From Candidatus Saccharimonadota bacterium (GTDB lineage: Bacteria; Patescibacteriota; Saccharimonadia; CAILAD01; BJGX01), in the NCBI GenBank assembly GCA_016191105.1, contig JACPPH010000008.1, positions 2,667 to 66,666 of the forward strand: a stretch of DNA of 64,000 nt. The letters run 5' to 3'. Position 1 is the first letter of the stretch. Each line of letters starts with the position of its first letter. A program made the position numbers and the translations under genes. This document shows, piece by piece, positions 9,248-19,203 of this stretch. The notes under the pieces were generated by a model. The model was given only the letters and a program-made list of their open reading frames with translations. It searched no databases and had not been told where the DNA came from.

Positions 9248-9795
9248 GGGAATAGCCCTGTCAATTTAACAATTGCATAGGCGCTTATTAATAGCCCCAG
9301 ACTAATAGCTACCTGTATGAGGTGTTTTTTGGCATTTGCTATTTGATCGGGACTACCACCCGTAGCAATAATAGTGATTATATACCAAAGTATTAGCACA
9401 ACAGCTACGGCTCCAAAAATACCAACTAAATAGTCTGATATCTGATTAATCACATCGTAAAGACTGCCTTGGTTGCACAGCCAGCCCCTTGTAACTACAC
9501 TACAATCTTGGTTGGCATCGAGCTTACTACGGCCAAAAGTCTTCGAGTTAAGAGGCTCAATTTGCTGGCCTGCAAGACAAGTGACATTGCCAGTCTTTTG
9601 ATCAGTAATTGGTGCTCCTGCATCAGAACCATCGGCATTTACACACTTAAAAAGTTGTTGATTTTGATTAGTTGGCTCGGCACCTTGACCGGTCTGTGGC
9701 TCTGCCGCTAGTGCAACAGTCGTACTTGCTAGACTAAGGGCTAGGGCAATAAGCCCAAGTGCAATAAAAGGTATAGAATTTGTATATCTGCGCAT
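9244..9795 (-). CDS. Secreted Cys-containing protein with a pilin-like C-terminal two-helix module, paralog 5
   Basis: Signal peptide, a ~110-aa extracellular region with 4 Cys, then the shared TM-GGSPD-TM module. ATG taken at 9795; the ORF track starts at a TTG at 9804. Confidence 0.6.
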   Translation of the reverse strand: MRRYTNSIPFIALGLIALALSLASTTVALAAEPQTGQGAEPTNQNQQLFKCVNADGSDAGAPITDQKTGNVTCLAGQQIEPLNSKTFGRSKLDANQDCSVVTRGWLCNQGSLYDVINQISDYLVGIFGAVAVVLILWYIITIIATGGSPDQIANAKKHLIQVAISLGLLISAYAIVKLTGLFP

Positions 9796-9842
9796 TGTAA
9801 ACAAGCTTTATTTTACCCCTGTAATCATATATCATAAGGGCA

Positions 9843-12089
9843 ATGTTAGCAAAAACAAAGTTGTTAGCTCTTTGCTGCTTTGCTCTTGTGTTTGGGGCGG
9901 TACTTTTTTTTGTTACCAACGGCCAGAATGCGAGAGCTGAGCTTCCAAAAACTGGATCTTGCGGGCCCACCACTTTAAGCACTATTGGTGCCTGGAAAAC
10001 CCCTTTTAGTATAGACTGCGAAAATTCAAACCCATCACTTGGCGGTGGCGATGCCAAAGAAGACTGGTTCTACAATCCAGACTTAAGTAATGTTCTGGGT
10101 AACTACATAGTGTTTAGTCGCAAAGACACAGCCGCCGTAATGGTTATACAGGCCACAGGACCAAATGCCTACACTCGTTTTTGTTTTAAGTCTCCGGGTG
10201 ATGTTAAGGATGGTATGGCGTTTAACTACGACAACGGCGGTGGATTTTGTGGCGCTATAGAGAGTTTTGACCCCGCGGGTAGCGACAGCACCAATGCCGG
10301 TACGGGTTTTTGTTCAGTAGTAAACAACAAGGATGGTTGTGATTATTATAGCGGCAATGATGGGCCATGGTCTTCAAGTCCCCCCAGAAAATACAGTGGT
10401 AAGGTTGTGGATCGCTCAGCTGACATCTCCAAAGCCCAACAGAGCGAATCTGGAGATGAATGTAACAACCGAGATCAAGCCGGGGCTTTGAGTTTTGTAT
10501 TGTGTCCATTGCTCAAAAGTATCACTGAGTCGGTCGACAAAATAGTAGGGCCTGGTGGGCAACTGCAAAACTTGCTCAAAGTCGAACCACTAGCGTTTCC
10601 TGGCAGTAGTGGTGGCATTAATTTGCAAGCATCTACGCAGAATATAGTTTACCTGGCCGATGGTTTGTATGTGCTTTTGTTTATTGTACTGCTATTTGCC
10701 AATGCTTTTGCTATTGGCATAGACAACTACACCGTTAAAAAGACTTTGCCACGGCTGATTGCGGCAGTGGTATTAACTCAGTTTGCATATATAATTAGTG
10801 CACTTATGATTGACGCTGGCAACATACTTGGTTCTTTGTTGCCCAACTTAATATCGTCGGTTGGAGGAATTGATTTTACCACAGCTATTAATAATCTACT
10901 AGGCACCGGTAGCCAACCCAATCTAAACGGCTTACTGAGTTCGCTTGGAGCATTCTTCTTGGTGTTAGTAGCAGCAATTGCCATTTTGGTGGTACTGATA
11001 ATTGCCATGGTCTATATGATATTCCGAAATCTGTTTATTTATATACTAGTTATTGCCGCGCCCATAGCCTTTGCTGCCATGGTGCTGCCAGGCACTCAAA
11101 AGTACTTTAAGCTGTGGGGAGCCAACTTTATTAAGCTCATATTAATGTTTCCTATAATAACCTCTATACTGGCGGTGGCTTCGGTGCTTTCGGCTGCATT
11201 GGCGCCAATTAATTCCTTACTGGCCGCCCTAATTCCAGTGGTAGCCATAGCATTGATACCCAAAACCTTTAAGTGGAGTGGCGATATTATGGAATTCACA
11301 GCCGGTGCTGTGGCAGGCTATCTTGGAGGGAAGGCCAGCGCCGGCAGGAAGCAAGTGGGTGAGCAGTCCGATAGGCTAGCCGAATCTAGGCGTAACAAAA
11401 TTGCTACATCCAAATTTGGCGATACTCGGCTCGGGAGGTTTGCTTCTGGATCTGGATTTGGTAGTTTAGCAGGAACTCGCAAAAGCAAAGTAAAGCATGC
11501 TTCGAGAGTCGCTGCTGCCCAGTCTGAGGCCGATAAATATGCCAGCCTTTTGTATAGTCGGGAAAAAGCTAAACACCCAGTAGTCAAGGGCTCCAAAAAC
11601 TACGACAAACAAAAGGAGGCTCGGGAAAAAGCTTTGCTAGATCTTTATGATAATTCTAACAGGGCTACACAGTCTAGTTTATTGAGATTGGCCGGTAAAA
11701 GTGGCGACGACAAAGTGGTGTCTTACGCCAAAGGGAAAGATCCAAAATTTGTAGAAGGTGTAATGAACCAAAGCTGGTCGGACTTCGATGCTGTGCCGCA
11801 ACTCAGACCTGGTTTTGATGCCAAGGATCTTAACCCAGAAAAAATTGCAAACTCATCTGGTGGTTCCCAAAAATCAATTATTGAAAAGCATGGCAGCGAT
11901 CTATCAGCAGCAACATTGACAGGTTTGGTTTCGAACGACAGCATCCGAACCAAGCTTGATCCCGCTGTTATTGATTTGCTTAAAGATATTGCCGCTAACA
12001 CCAATACTACCGGAAAGGCGCCCACGAATATTGACCCTGCCGTTAGAACCAAAGTAAATGCTGCCTTAATGGATAAAAACTTACTGTAG
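9843..12089 (+). CDS. T4SS VirB6/TrbL-like polytopic membrane protein (PrgH/ConG-like), 748 aa
   Basis: Signal peptide, a Cys-rich extracellular N-domain, a central block of about 6 TM helices and a hydrophilic C-terminal domain. First gene of a plus-strand operon with translational coupling. Confidence 0.6.
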   Translation: MLAKTKLLALCCFALVFGAVLFFVTNGQNARAELPKTGSCGPTTLSTIGAWKTPFSIDCENSNPSLGGGDAKEDWFYNPDLSNVLGNYIVFSRKDTAAVMVIQATGPNAYTRFCFKSPGDVKDGMAFNYDNGGGFCGAIESFDPAGSDSTNAGTGFCSVVNNKDGCDYYSGNDGPWSSSPPRKYSGKVVDRSADISKAQQSESGDECNNRDQAGALSFVLCPLLKSITESVDKIVGPGGQLQNLLKVEPLAFPGSSGGINLQASTQNIVYLADGLYVLLFIVLLFANAFAIGIDNYTVKKTLPRLIAAVVLTQFAYIISALMIDAGNILGSLLPNLISSVGGIDFTTAINNLLGTGSQPNLNGLLSSLGAFFLVLVAAIAILVVLIIAMVYMIFRNLFIYILVIAAPIAFAAMVLPGTQKYFKLWGANFIKLILMFPIITSILAVASVLSAALAPINSLLAALIPVVAIALIPKTFKWSGDIMEFTAGAVAGYLGGKASAGRKQVGEQSDRLAESRRNKIATSKFGDTRLGRFASGSGFGSLAGTRKSKVKHASRVAAAQSEADKYASLLYSREKAKHPVVKGSKNYDKQKEAREKALLDLYDNSNRATQSSLLRLAGKSGDDKVVSYAKGKDPKFVEGVMNQSWSDFDAVPQLRPGFDAKDLNPEKIANSSGGSQKSIIEKHGSDLSAATLTGLVSNDSIRTKLDPAVIDLLKDIAANTNTTGKAPTNIDPAVRTKVNAALMDKNLL

Positions 12090-12095
12090 GTAAAA

Positions 12096-13103
12096 ATGGG
12101 ACAATACAAAGTACCACAAAACGTAGAGGCCGAAGATAAAATTCTTGGCCCGCTAACTATAAAGCAATTTATATATGTAATAATTGCGCTTATGTGGGGC
12201 TTTATTGCCATCCGTTTGTTGGCTCCATTCAACCTAATAGTAGGAATTATTTTGGCGCTACCAGTCTCTGGCACACTTTTGGCGCTTGGCCTCATTCAAC
12301 GCGAAGGTGTGAGCTTCGAAAACTACTTTTTGGCCTTTATTCGCTTTAATCTTTACCCGCGCAAACGCCAATGGCAAAAAGACGCCAACCCCGACGTGAT
12401 TAAGAACGAACCCAAAAAAGCCGTTGTGCCAGAACTACACAAAAGTCTTAACCAGGGCCAGCTAAAGCAATTGGCGTTTATTGTGGATACGCGTGGTAAC
12501 TACAAAGACCCCAACTTGCAGCTGCCCGACAGCAGCAATATAGCCACTCAAATGAGCTCGAGAGTGGTTGGCCCACAGGCCGCTCAGGGCGAAATTCCAA
12601 ATGTTCAGCCGCTTATGCCAAGCGCGCCCCAAGCAGCTGCTCAAGTATCGGCTCCGCAGGCTACACCAGCCCAAACGGCCCAAGCACAACCAGGCGTGGC
12701 ACCAATTGCGACTCAGCCTGCACCGCAGCCGCCGGCTGCCACCGCCCAAGACGATGTGCTAGACGAAACTAGCACTCAATCGACCGATGTTGGTACTTTG
12801 TTGCAAAACGTAGAGGTTAATTTGCGCAATCGCACGGTCGCTAAAATGAAACAATCGCTAACTGCGGCACCAAAAACCGCCAAGACTGCGCCCACCCTCA
12901 CTAGTGATAGAGCCAATGCTCAAGTTGCCGCCGCCACAGCAAGCCAAGCTACTGCTGGCGGCACCCTGTCTGGCAATCAAGTTGCCACCGCTTTGGCCAG
13001 ATTGAGCCAGCAAAGTGACCACCTATCGGTGCAGCGCTTGGCGGCTCAGGCCGACAAGGCCATTCCGCTTAGCGAAGGCCAAGTGGTACAAGTTAGAGGT
13101 TAG
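12096..13103 (+). CDS. PrgI/VirB3-like T4SS membrane protein with an Ala/Gln/Pro-rich C-terminal extension
   Basis: N-terminus YKVPQNVEAEDKILGPLTIKQFIYV followed by a TM hairpin and ...ENYFLAFIRFNLYPRKRQW, matching the PrgI family pattern. C-terminal low-complexity tail. Confidence 0.65.
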   Translation: MGQYKVPQNVEAEDKILGPLTIKQFIYVIIALMWGFIAIRLLAPFNLIVGIILALPVSGTLLALGLIQREGVSFENYFLAFIRFNLYPRKRQWQKDANPDVIKNEPKKAVVPELHKSLNQGQLKQLAFIVDTRGNYKDPNLQLPDSSNIATQMSSRVVGPQAAQGEIPNVQPLMPSAPQAAAQVSAPQATPAQTAQAQPGVAPIATQPAPQPPAATAQDDVLDETSTQSTDVGTLLQNVEVNLRNRTVAKMKQSLTAAPKTAKTAPTLTSDRANAQVAAATASQATAGGTLSGNQVATALARLSQQSDHLSVQRLAAQADKAIPLSEGQVVQVRG

Positions 13104-13189
13104 AGCAAATTTTGGCTCGGTTTAAACAAAAACACAAGCTTTATCTCAACTCGAGATTTTGATATCATAATAGATTAGCATTTAAGACT

Positions 13190-14074
13190 ATGGCAAAGAA
13201 TAATCAGCCCCAATTAACCCCCGCCCAAACCGAATACTTTGGTTCGATTACCCCACCCAAAAAAACCAAAAACCAGCGTCAGAGCACCCAGTCGCATTTG
13301 CAGTTTTCGGAGATCAAAGACGGCATAGTAGTAATGCGCGACGGTAGTTTACGCATGGTGGTTATGTGTAGCCCCACTAACTTCGACCTCAAAAGTCCGG
13401 CCGAACGCGATGCCATTGAGTATGCTTATCAGGGCTTTCTAAATGGTTTGCACTTTCCAATTCAAATTGTTATTCAGTCGCGCAAAGTTGATCTCGACAA
13501 CTATCTCGAGAACCTCGAGAACTTGCAGTCTAACCAGCCAAACGGGCTGCTGGCTGGACTTATGGACGACTACATATTCAATATTCGGGCTCTGCTCGAA
13601 GAGGTAAATATTATGGACAAAAAGTTCTATGTGGTTGTGCCATACTATACCCAGGTAGTAAGCAAAGAAAACGTCTTTACTGGCATTAAAAAACTGATTG
13701 CTGGTGAGCAACAGGTTACCCAAACCAGCAAACAATATGATCAGCGCCGGCGCGACCTTATACAGCGTACCAACCTGGTGGCCGGTGGCCTAGCCCAAAT
13801 CGGGATTCGTTCAGTCGTTTTGAACACCCAAGAAATTATTGAGCTGTATTACAACTCCTACAACATCGACGAAGCTCAAAACCAAGCCTTGGGCAGTGTG
13901 GATCAGGTAAATACCCCGGTCGTAATGCGCGAAGGCGGCTTAGCTGAGCCACACGGCAACGAACAACCAGAACCCGAGCCCGAAGACTTGTTTGCCGCCG
14001 AGCAACGGCGAGCCCAGTCTGGTTCGTACGGCAGCCAATCGGCTCACCAAGCCAAGAGCGGAGAGCGCAGGTGA
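13190..14074 (+). CDS. T4SS-associated protein with a VirB4 N-terminal-like region
   Basis: EIKDGIVVMRDGSLRMVVMCSPTNFDLKSPAERDAIEYAYQGFLNGLHFPIQIVIQSRKVDL resembles the extreme N-terminal region of VirB4/TrbE/PrgJ ATPases. Its stop overlaps the VirB4 start codon (ATGA). Confidence 0.5.
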   Translation: MAKNNQPQLTPAQTEYFGSITPPKKTKNQRQSTQSHLQFSEIKDGIVVMRDGSLRMVVMCSPTNFDLKSPAERDAIEYAYQGFLNGLHFPIQIVIQSRKVDLDNYLENLENLQSNQPNGLLAGLMDDYIFNIRALLEEVNIMDKKFYVVVPYYTQVVSKENVFTGIKKLIAGEQQVTQTSKQYDQRRRDLIQRTNLVAGGLAQIGIRSVVLNTQEIIELYYNSYNIDEAQNQALGSVDQVNTPVVMREGGLAEPHGNEQPEPEPEDLFAAEQRRAQSGSYGSQSAHQAKSGERR

Positions 14075-15963
14075 TGGCCAGAAAACCCAAGGTTGACCCG
14101 GCGGTTCAGGCTCAAATTGATCGCCAAACGGCCATGCAGTCTGAAGCTCAAAAAATCTATCGCGAGGGTGTCGTTACTCTGCGCGATATGATTGCGCCAA
14201 GTTCTTTTGAGGTCGAGAGCAGCTACATAAAAATTGGCAAGCGCTATGCCCGCACTCTGTTTATATACGCTTACCCACGTTCGTTATTCACGGGCTGGCT
14301 AAGCCCAATTATTAATCTCGATGAAGTAATTGACATATCAATGTCAATCGAGCCGGTAGAATCAAGGGTGGTACTAGATAATTTGCGCAAGAAAGTTACC
14401 CAAATGGAGGCCACCTATAGCATAAACCAGGAGAAGGGTAAGGTGCGCGACCCCGGGCTAGAGGCTGCCCTACAAGATGCCGAAGAATTGCGCGACAAGC
14501 TGCAGGTGGGCGAAGACCGGTTCTTTCGCCTAGGCTTATATATAACTATTTACGGCAAAGACCTAAAAGAGCTTAATGAAGTTGGCCGGCGCATTGAAAG
14601 CGTGTTTGGTACAGCACTAATTTACACCAAACCCACCACCATTCAGATGGAACAAGGCTTTACCACTACTTTGCCGATGGGCCAAGATCAAATTCAGGTA
14701 CGCCGCAACATGGATACGGGTGCTATTAGCACCAGTTTTCCATTTACCACCGCCAACCTAAGTAACGACGAGGGTATATTGTATGGCATTAACCGCCACA
14801 ACAATGGCTTGGTGTTGTTTGATCGCTTCTCTCTAGAAAATGCCAATATGGTGGTGTTTGCCAAGTCGGGTGCTGGTAAGAGTTTTGCGGTTAAGCTGGA
14901 GTGCTTGCGTTCACTCATGCTGGGGTCCGAAGTAATTGTGATCGACCCCGAAAATGAATACAGGACCTTGTGTGATGCCGTGGGCGGTAGCTTCTTGCAC
15001 CTAAGCCTGGCCAGCTCTACGCGCATTAATCCATTTGATATCCCCACCACAATTGATAGTGAAGAGGCCGATAATGCCCTGCGAGCCAATATAATTATGT
15101 TGCATGGGCTGTTGCGACTAATGACCGGCGAGATGAGCCCAGCCGAAGAAGCCGATCTCGACGTGGCACTGATCAATACCTATGCTCAAAAGGGCATAAC
15201 TAACGACCCCCTAACCCATAAGGCTGAGCCGCCAATTATGCAAGATCTGTATAACACCCTTAATCAGATGGGCGGTAACGGACCTGCCCTGGCGGCTCGC
15301 CTGCGGCGTTACACCGAGGGTACTTTCTCGGGTATTTTTAGTCAGCAGAGCAATGTTGACCTAAGCTCTAACTTCGTGGTGTTTAATATTCGCGATCTCG
15401 AGGACGAGCTCCGACCAATCGGCATGTATATTACATTGAACTATATTTGGAACCGCGTAAAAACCGAGAGGAAGAAGCGCATTTTGGTAGTCGACGAAGC
15501 CTGGCAGCTCATGCAATATCAAGACTCGGCTATGTTTCTATTTAGCATTGCCAAGCGAGCGCGCAAGTATTACTTGGGCTTAACCACCATCTCGCAAGAT
15601 GTTGAAGACTTCTTGAGCACTCGGCTTGGTCGGGCAATTGTGAATAACTCAAGCTTACAGTTACTGCTTAAGCAAAACCCGGCTGCGGTTGATATTGTTA
15701 GCCAGACCTTTAAGCTAACCAGCGAAGAAGCCAAGCTGTTGAGCCAATTTCCGGTTGGCGAGGGCTTATTCTTTGCTGGCTTGAGCCACATTATTTTGCG
15801 AATTCTGGCCTTCCCGGGCGAGGAGCAGCTGATTACCACCAACCCAAAGGATATTTTGGATAGCTTGGAGCAAGCCAAGGCTCAGGTTCAGGGCGCATCG
15901 GCGGGCGCCCAAGCTGCAGAGGCTCAAAATCTGGCACAGCAAAATGCAACTGGAGCAGAATAA
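14071..15963 (+). CDS. virB4: Type IV secretion ATPase VirB4 (TrbE/CagE/PrgJ family)
   Basis: Conserved IAPSSFEVESSYIKIGKRYARTLFIYAYPRSLFTGWLSPIINLD region. Walker A is FAKSGAGKSF and Walker B is ILVVDEAWQL. Confidence 0.9.
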   Translation: MMARKPKVDPAVQAQIDRQTAMQSEAQKIYREGVVTLRDMIAPSSFEVESSYIKIGKRYARTLFIYAYPRSLFTGWLSPIINLDEVIDISMSIEPVESRVVLDNLRKKVTQMEATYSINQEKGKVRDPGLEAALQDAEELRDKLQVGEDRFFRLGLYITIYGKDLKELNEVGRRIESVFGTALIYTKPTTIQMEQGFTTTLPMGQDQIQVRRNMDTGAISTSFPFTTANLSNDEGILYGINRHNNGLVLFDRFSLENANMVVFAKSGAGKSFAVKLECLRSLMLGSEVIVIDPENEYRTLCDAVGGSFLHLSLASSTRINPFDIPTTIDSEEADNALRANIIMLHGLLRLMTGEMSPAEEADLDVALINTYAQKGITNDPLTHKAEPPIMQDLYNTLNQMGGNGPALAARLRRYTEGTFSGIFSQQSNVDLSSNFVVFNIRDLEDELRPIGMYITLNYIWNRVKTERKKRILVVDEAWQLMQYQDSAMFLFSIAKRARKYYLGLTTISQDVEDFLSTRLGRAIVNNSSLQLLLKQNPAAVDIVSQTFKLTSEEAKLLSQFPVGEGLFFAGLSHIILRILAFPGEEQLITTNPKDILDSLEQAKAQVQGASAGAQAAEAQNLAQQNATGAE

Positions 15964-15990
15964 GCAATGAGCTCAAGGGGACTTTAACAG

Positions 15991-18900
15991 ATGGCTCAGG
16001 GTACAATTACGCCACCAGACGACAATATTGATGACAACTTAATACACGACAAGAATCTCAGCAATTCTGAGTGGTCAGATTTTGTTGACAACCACTCCAC
16101 TTCCGATGGCTCTATCCGTGCTACTGGTCGGGAGGATGCTGCCGACCTACCAACTAGCAATCGTAGCCGGGGACCAGCAGTAGATGAATCAGGGCATATT
16201 ACCGCCGCTGATAATGTCGGCCAAAACAGACAGCAAGGTGGTGGTAGCAGTATGGACATGGCAAAAAAAGTCGCCAAACAAGCCGCCGGTGCAGGTGGTG
16301 GTGGCAGCTCTGCCGCAACCAAAGCCCTGGGCGCCGCAAGCAGCGGTAAGGATGGTGATAAGCCCGAGACTGCAAAAGACAAGGCTGCCGATAAAGCAGC
16401 CGACGCTGCCCAGATAGCCGAAGCAGCAGCCACCATTGAGAGCCCAACTGCCTGGCTAACTCTGGCTAAGCAGGCTAAAAAGCACTGGAGAGCCCTGGCG
16501 CTGGTAAGCATAATTGCACTCTTGCCAGTGTTTATATTGATATTCATTGTATTCTATGCCGCCGCTAACCCGTTTGAGTTCATGAAGGCGGCTATTACCA
16601 ATAAGGCCTTAGGGCGATTTGTAGTCCAGTCAGCCGATGCAATAGGCCTGCCAGGCGCAGCTCAAGTAAGAACCGTACTGGAAAGAGCCGGCTTAGTTAT
16701 AAAGATAGAGCACAGTAATACCGCAATAGCAGCACCCAGCCCCACAACCAAGCCAGACCCCGGCAGCATAGATGACATTCTGGCCCGCATAGACTGGAAA
16801 AAAGCACAATGGCAGTATGGAAACGATATTACCTGTAAATACCGTTTTACATTTGCGCCATTTGTAAATTACGATGGTCAAACTATTAACGAAATCGACA
16901 AGGCTTACGACAAAACGACCGGCAAAGAAGTGCCGCCAGACCAGGCTACAGAAGCTGTAAACACTTGTTTTATGAACAGCTACCCAATGTTTAATATGTC
17001 AACCCGTAACCCCGCAGCAAGAAGTGTTAATAAGTTTTCAGATGCCTTTCTGGCCTACTCAACCGACAAAAGTGAGCTCTATAACAAACCACAATCTGAG
17101 GTAAATAAGGCTCTGCTCGAAAAAACCGTTAAACGGATCGAGGAAAAGCAAGACTCGGCTCCCAAGAGTACCGAACAAAAAGTAACAGACTTCTCCAACA
17201 GAGTATATTCTGAGATTCAGCAGGGCAAAGACCCCGAGGCGCTAGATTATGACGCAATTGCGGCCAGTGTTGGATTGACGTTCCCAAACAACGATCAAGA
17301 CCCCCAGCAAGTTACTGATTCTATGTGTACTTATTATCAAGTATTCACTGCCGAGAATAATGTAGTGAAAGGTATATATAGCCGCCGCGATGCGGCAGTT
17401 CGTAACGCCTTAAAGTTTTTGTCGCTAGCTGGTTCTGGTGCCATGTACCAAAACAGCAACAAAGAGATCAATTATACTGCTGCATCTATAGCCAATTGGG
17501 CAGACGGCGCGGGCTATAGCTTATCGGTAGGCAACGGCAACCAGGGCATTCAAGCCAATGCTGAGTCTATCCACAATAGAGCCTACATTATCAAGCCAGA
17601 AGAAGCTATCCGAATCGGATTGGCGCTAAGACCAGCCTGTGCCTATGCCAACTTTGGCTTTCCGGTACCGATTATACAACAAGTTATAAAAAACGTGGGT
17701 CAAACAGCCGTGTTTAATTTGTACAAAACTTTTAGGGCTACTGTTGTGGCTGAGTCTAGCGGGATCTTTGAGATAGGTAACCCAAACAACTTTGGTTTAA
17801 AAGACATACTGATTGGCAGTTTTAGGCTGGCCGGCGCAGCCTCGGTTACAGGTACAGAGGCAGGTCCACAAAATCTTAACCGACAAGCCATGGGCGTGCA
17901 ACAACTTACCTCAGATTACCTGCGTACGGTTGGTGGTCGGTTCTTGACCGAACAAGAACAGGCCGAGCTCGCTGTTAGAGTAGAAGACAATGCACGACAA
18001 AACGAACAAAATAAAAGCTTTTTGGCCAGAATATTCGACACTGCTAGCCCGCGTTCAATTGCAAGCCAGCTGGCCAGCCGAAACACCAGCTGGCGTGATA
18101 CTGCTACTTACATGGCCTCAACAACTGCATCGCTGGTAAATATACCTAAACTTTTTACAGACACATCTAGCCTGGTGGCTTATGTGGCCACAGGCCAAAA
18201 AAATACAGCTTTTGCAGCCAGCGATGATATTGCCAATTACTTCAAGGTAGACCTAGCTGGATTCAGCAGTAATGAACTAAAAAGTACCAATCTTCTAGAC
18301 AATGCCCGCGCAATTGAAAAGCTAAAAAAAGATATTAGCGACCCTAATGACATTCGCACTAAACAAATGCAATATTATGACGCATGCTTTAAGAAAGATA
18401 TTCCAAACCCTATTCTCTTTACCCGTATTCCTGAAGACCCCAAGGATATTAGCAACACCGATCCTGCCATTCAAAAGAAATATCTTTACATAAAAGACGG
18501 TTTTAAAATAGGCGGGGACGGCAATCAGCTTACTTACAATCAAGATGTGGATTCGGACTTTTTTAAGGCCTATACTTGTGAGACTACGATGACCAACAGC
18601 AACCCGCTAAACATGCCAAATATAAATCTAGATTTTGCGAGAAAATATCGTTTGTATGTTTACTACAAATCACAAGTGGAGTTGCTACAAAATTTATCCA
18701 GCGATACAGCCCCGAAAGGGTTTTATGCAGGCTCTAGCAAGGGCGGTGCGGGCAGCGGGCAGCGTAATCCCGGCGGCTTTATTTGGCCTATAGGAGGAAA
18801 GACAGTATTTAGCAGATGTGGCAATGGTCATGGTTACCAAGCTGTAGATATTGCTTATGTTGGCAATCTCAAGCCAGACATATACGCGGTAGCCGATGGC

Positions 18901-19203
18901 GAAGTGGTGCTGGCCGATAACAGCAACAGCAGCTCTGGCTATGGTAACTACCTGATCATTAAGCAGAATGACGGCCTATACACCCTCTACGCCCACAATA
19001 GCGAGGTTACGGTAGCCAAAGGAGACCGTGTGAGCCAAGGTGACGTGGTGGCTATTGGTGGCTCGAGTGGCGATTCGAGCGGCCCCCACCTACACTTCGA
19101 AGTCCGTACCGAAGACATAAATGGCCCCAAGCAAAACCCGGGTGACTACTTGCCAGATACACCAGACGGGCAAAATACTCAAACTTACTGCGAGAGTAAT
19201 TAA
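15991..19203 (+). CDS. Large membrane-anchored cell-wall hydrolase with a C-terminal M23 (LytM) peptidase domain (VirB1/PrgK-like role)
   Basis: One TM segment near residue 175. The C-terminus carries M23 motifs (HGYQAVDIAY...YGNYLIIKQNDGLYTLYAHN...GPHLHFEV). Confidence 0.75.
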   Translation: MAQGTITPPDDNIDDNLIHDKNLSNSEWSDFVDNHSTSDGSIRATGREDAADLPTSNRSRGPAVDESGHITAADNVGQNRQQGGGSSMDMAKKVAKQAAGAGGGGSSAATKALGAASSGKDGDKPETAKDKAADKAADAAQIAEAAATIESPTAWLTLAKQAKKHWRALALVSIIALLPVFILIFIVFYAAANPFEFMKAAITNKALGRFVVQSADAIGLPGAAQVRTVLERAGLVIKIEHSNTAIAAPSPTTKPDPGSIDDILARIDWKKAQWQYGNDITCKYRFTFAPFVNYDGQTINEIDKAYDKTTGKEVPPDQATEAVNTCFMNSYPMFNMSTRNPAARSVNKFSDAFLAYSTDKSELYNKPQSEVNKALLEKTVKRIEEKQDSAPKSTEQKVTDFSNRVYSEIQQGKDPEALDYDAIAASVGLTFPNNDQDPQQVTDSMCTYYQVFTAENNVVKGIYSRRDAAVRNALKFLSLAGSGAMYQNSNKEINYTAASIANWADGAGYSLSVGNGNQGIQANAESIHNRAYIIKPEEAIRIGLALRPACAYANFGFPVPIIQQVIKNVGQTAVFNLYKTFRATVVAESSGIFEIGNPNNFGLKDILIGSFRLAGAASVTGTEAGPQNLNRQAMGVQQLTSDYLRTVGGRFLTEQEQAELAVRVEDNARQNEQNKSFLARIFDTASPRSIASQLASRNTSWRDTATYMASTTASLVNIPKLFTDTSSLVAYVATGQKNTAFAASDDIANYFKVDLAGFSSNELKSTNLLDNARAIEKLKKDISDPNDIRTKQMQYYDACFKKDIPNPILFTRIPEDPKDISNTDPAIQKKYLYIKDGFKIGGDGNQLTYNQDVDSDFFKAYTCETTMTNSNPLNMPNINLDFARKYRLYVYYKSQVELLQNLSSDTAPKGFYAGSSKGGAGSGQRNPGGFIWPIGGKTVFSRCGNGHGYQAVDIAYVGNLKPDIYAVADGEVVLADNSNSSSGYGNYLIIKQNDGLYTLYAHNSEVTVAKGDRVSQGDVVAIGGSSGDSSGPHLHFEVRTEDINGPKQNPGDYLPDTPDGQNTQTYCESN

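Noticed and set aside
15996-16547. Minus-strand ORFs (15996..16547, 16199..16447) at the 5' end of the M23 hydrolase gene
   Set aside because: Antisense to the Gly/Ala-rich N-terminal region of the hydrolase. Low-complexity translations.
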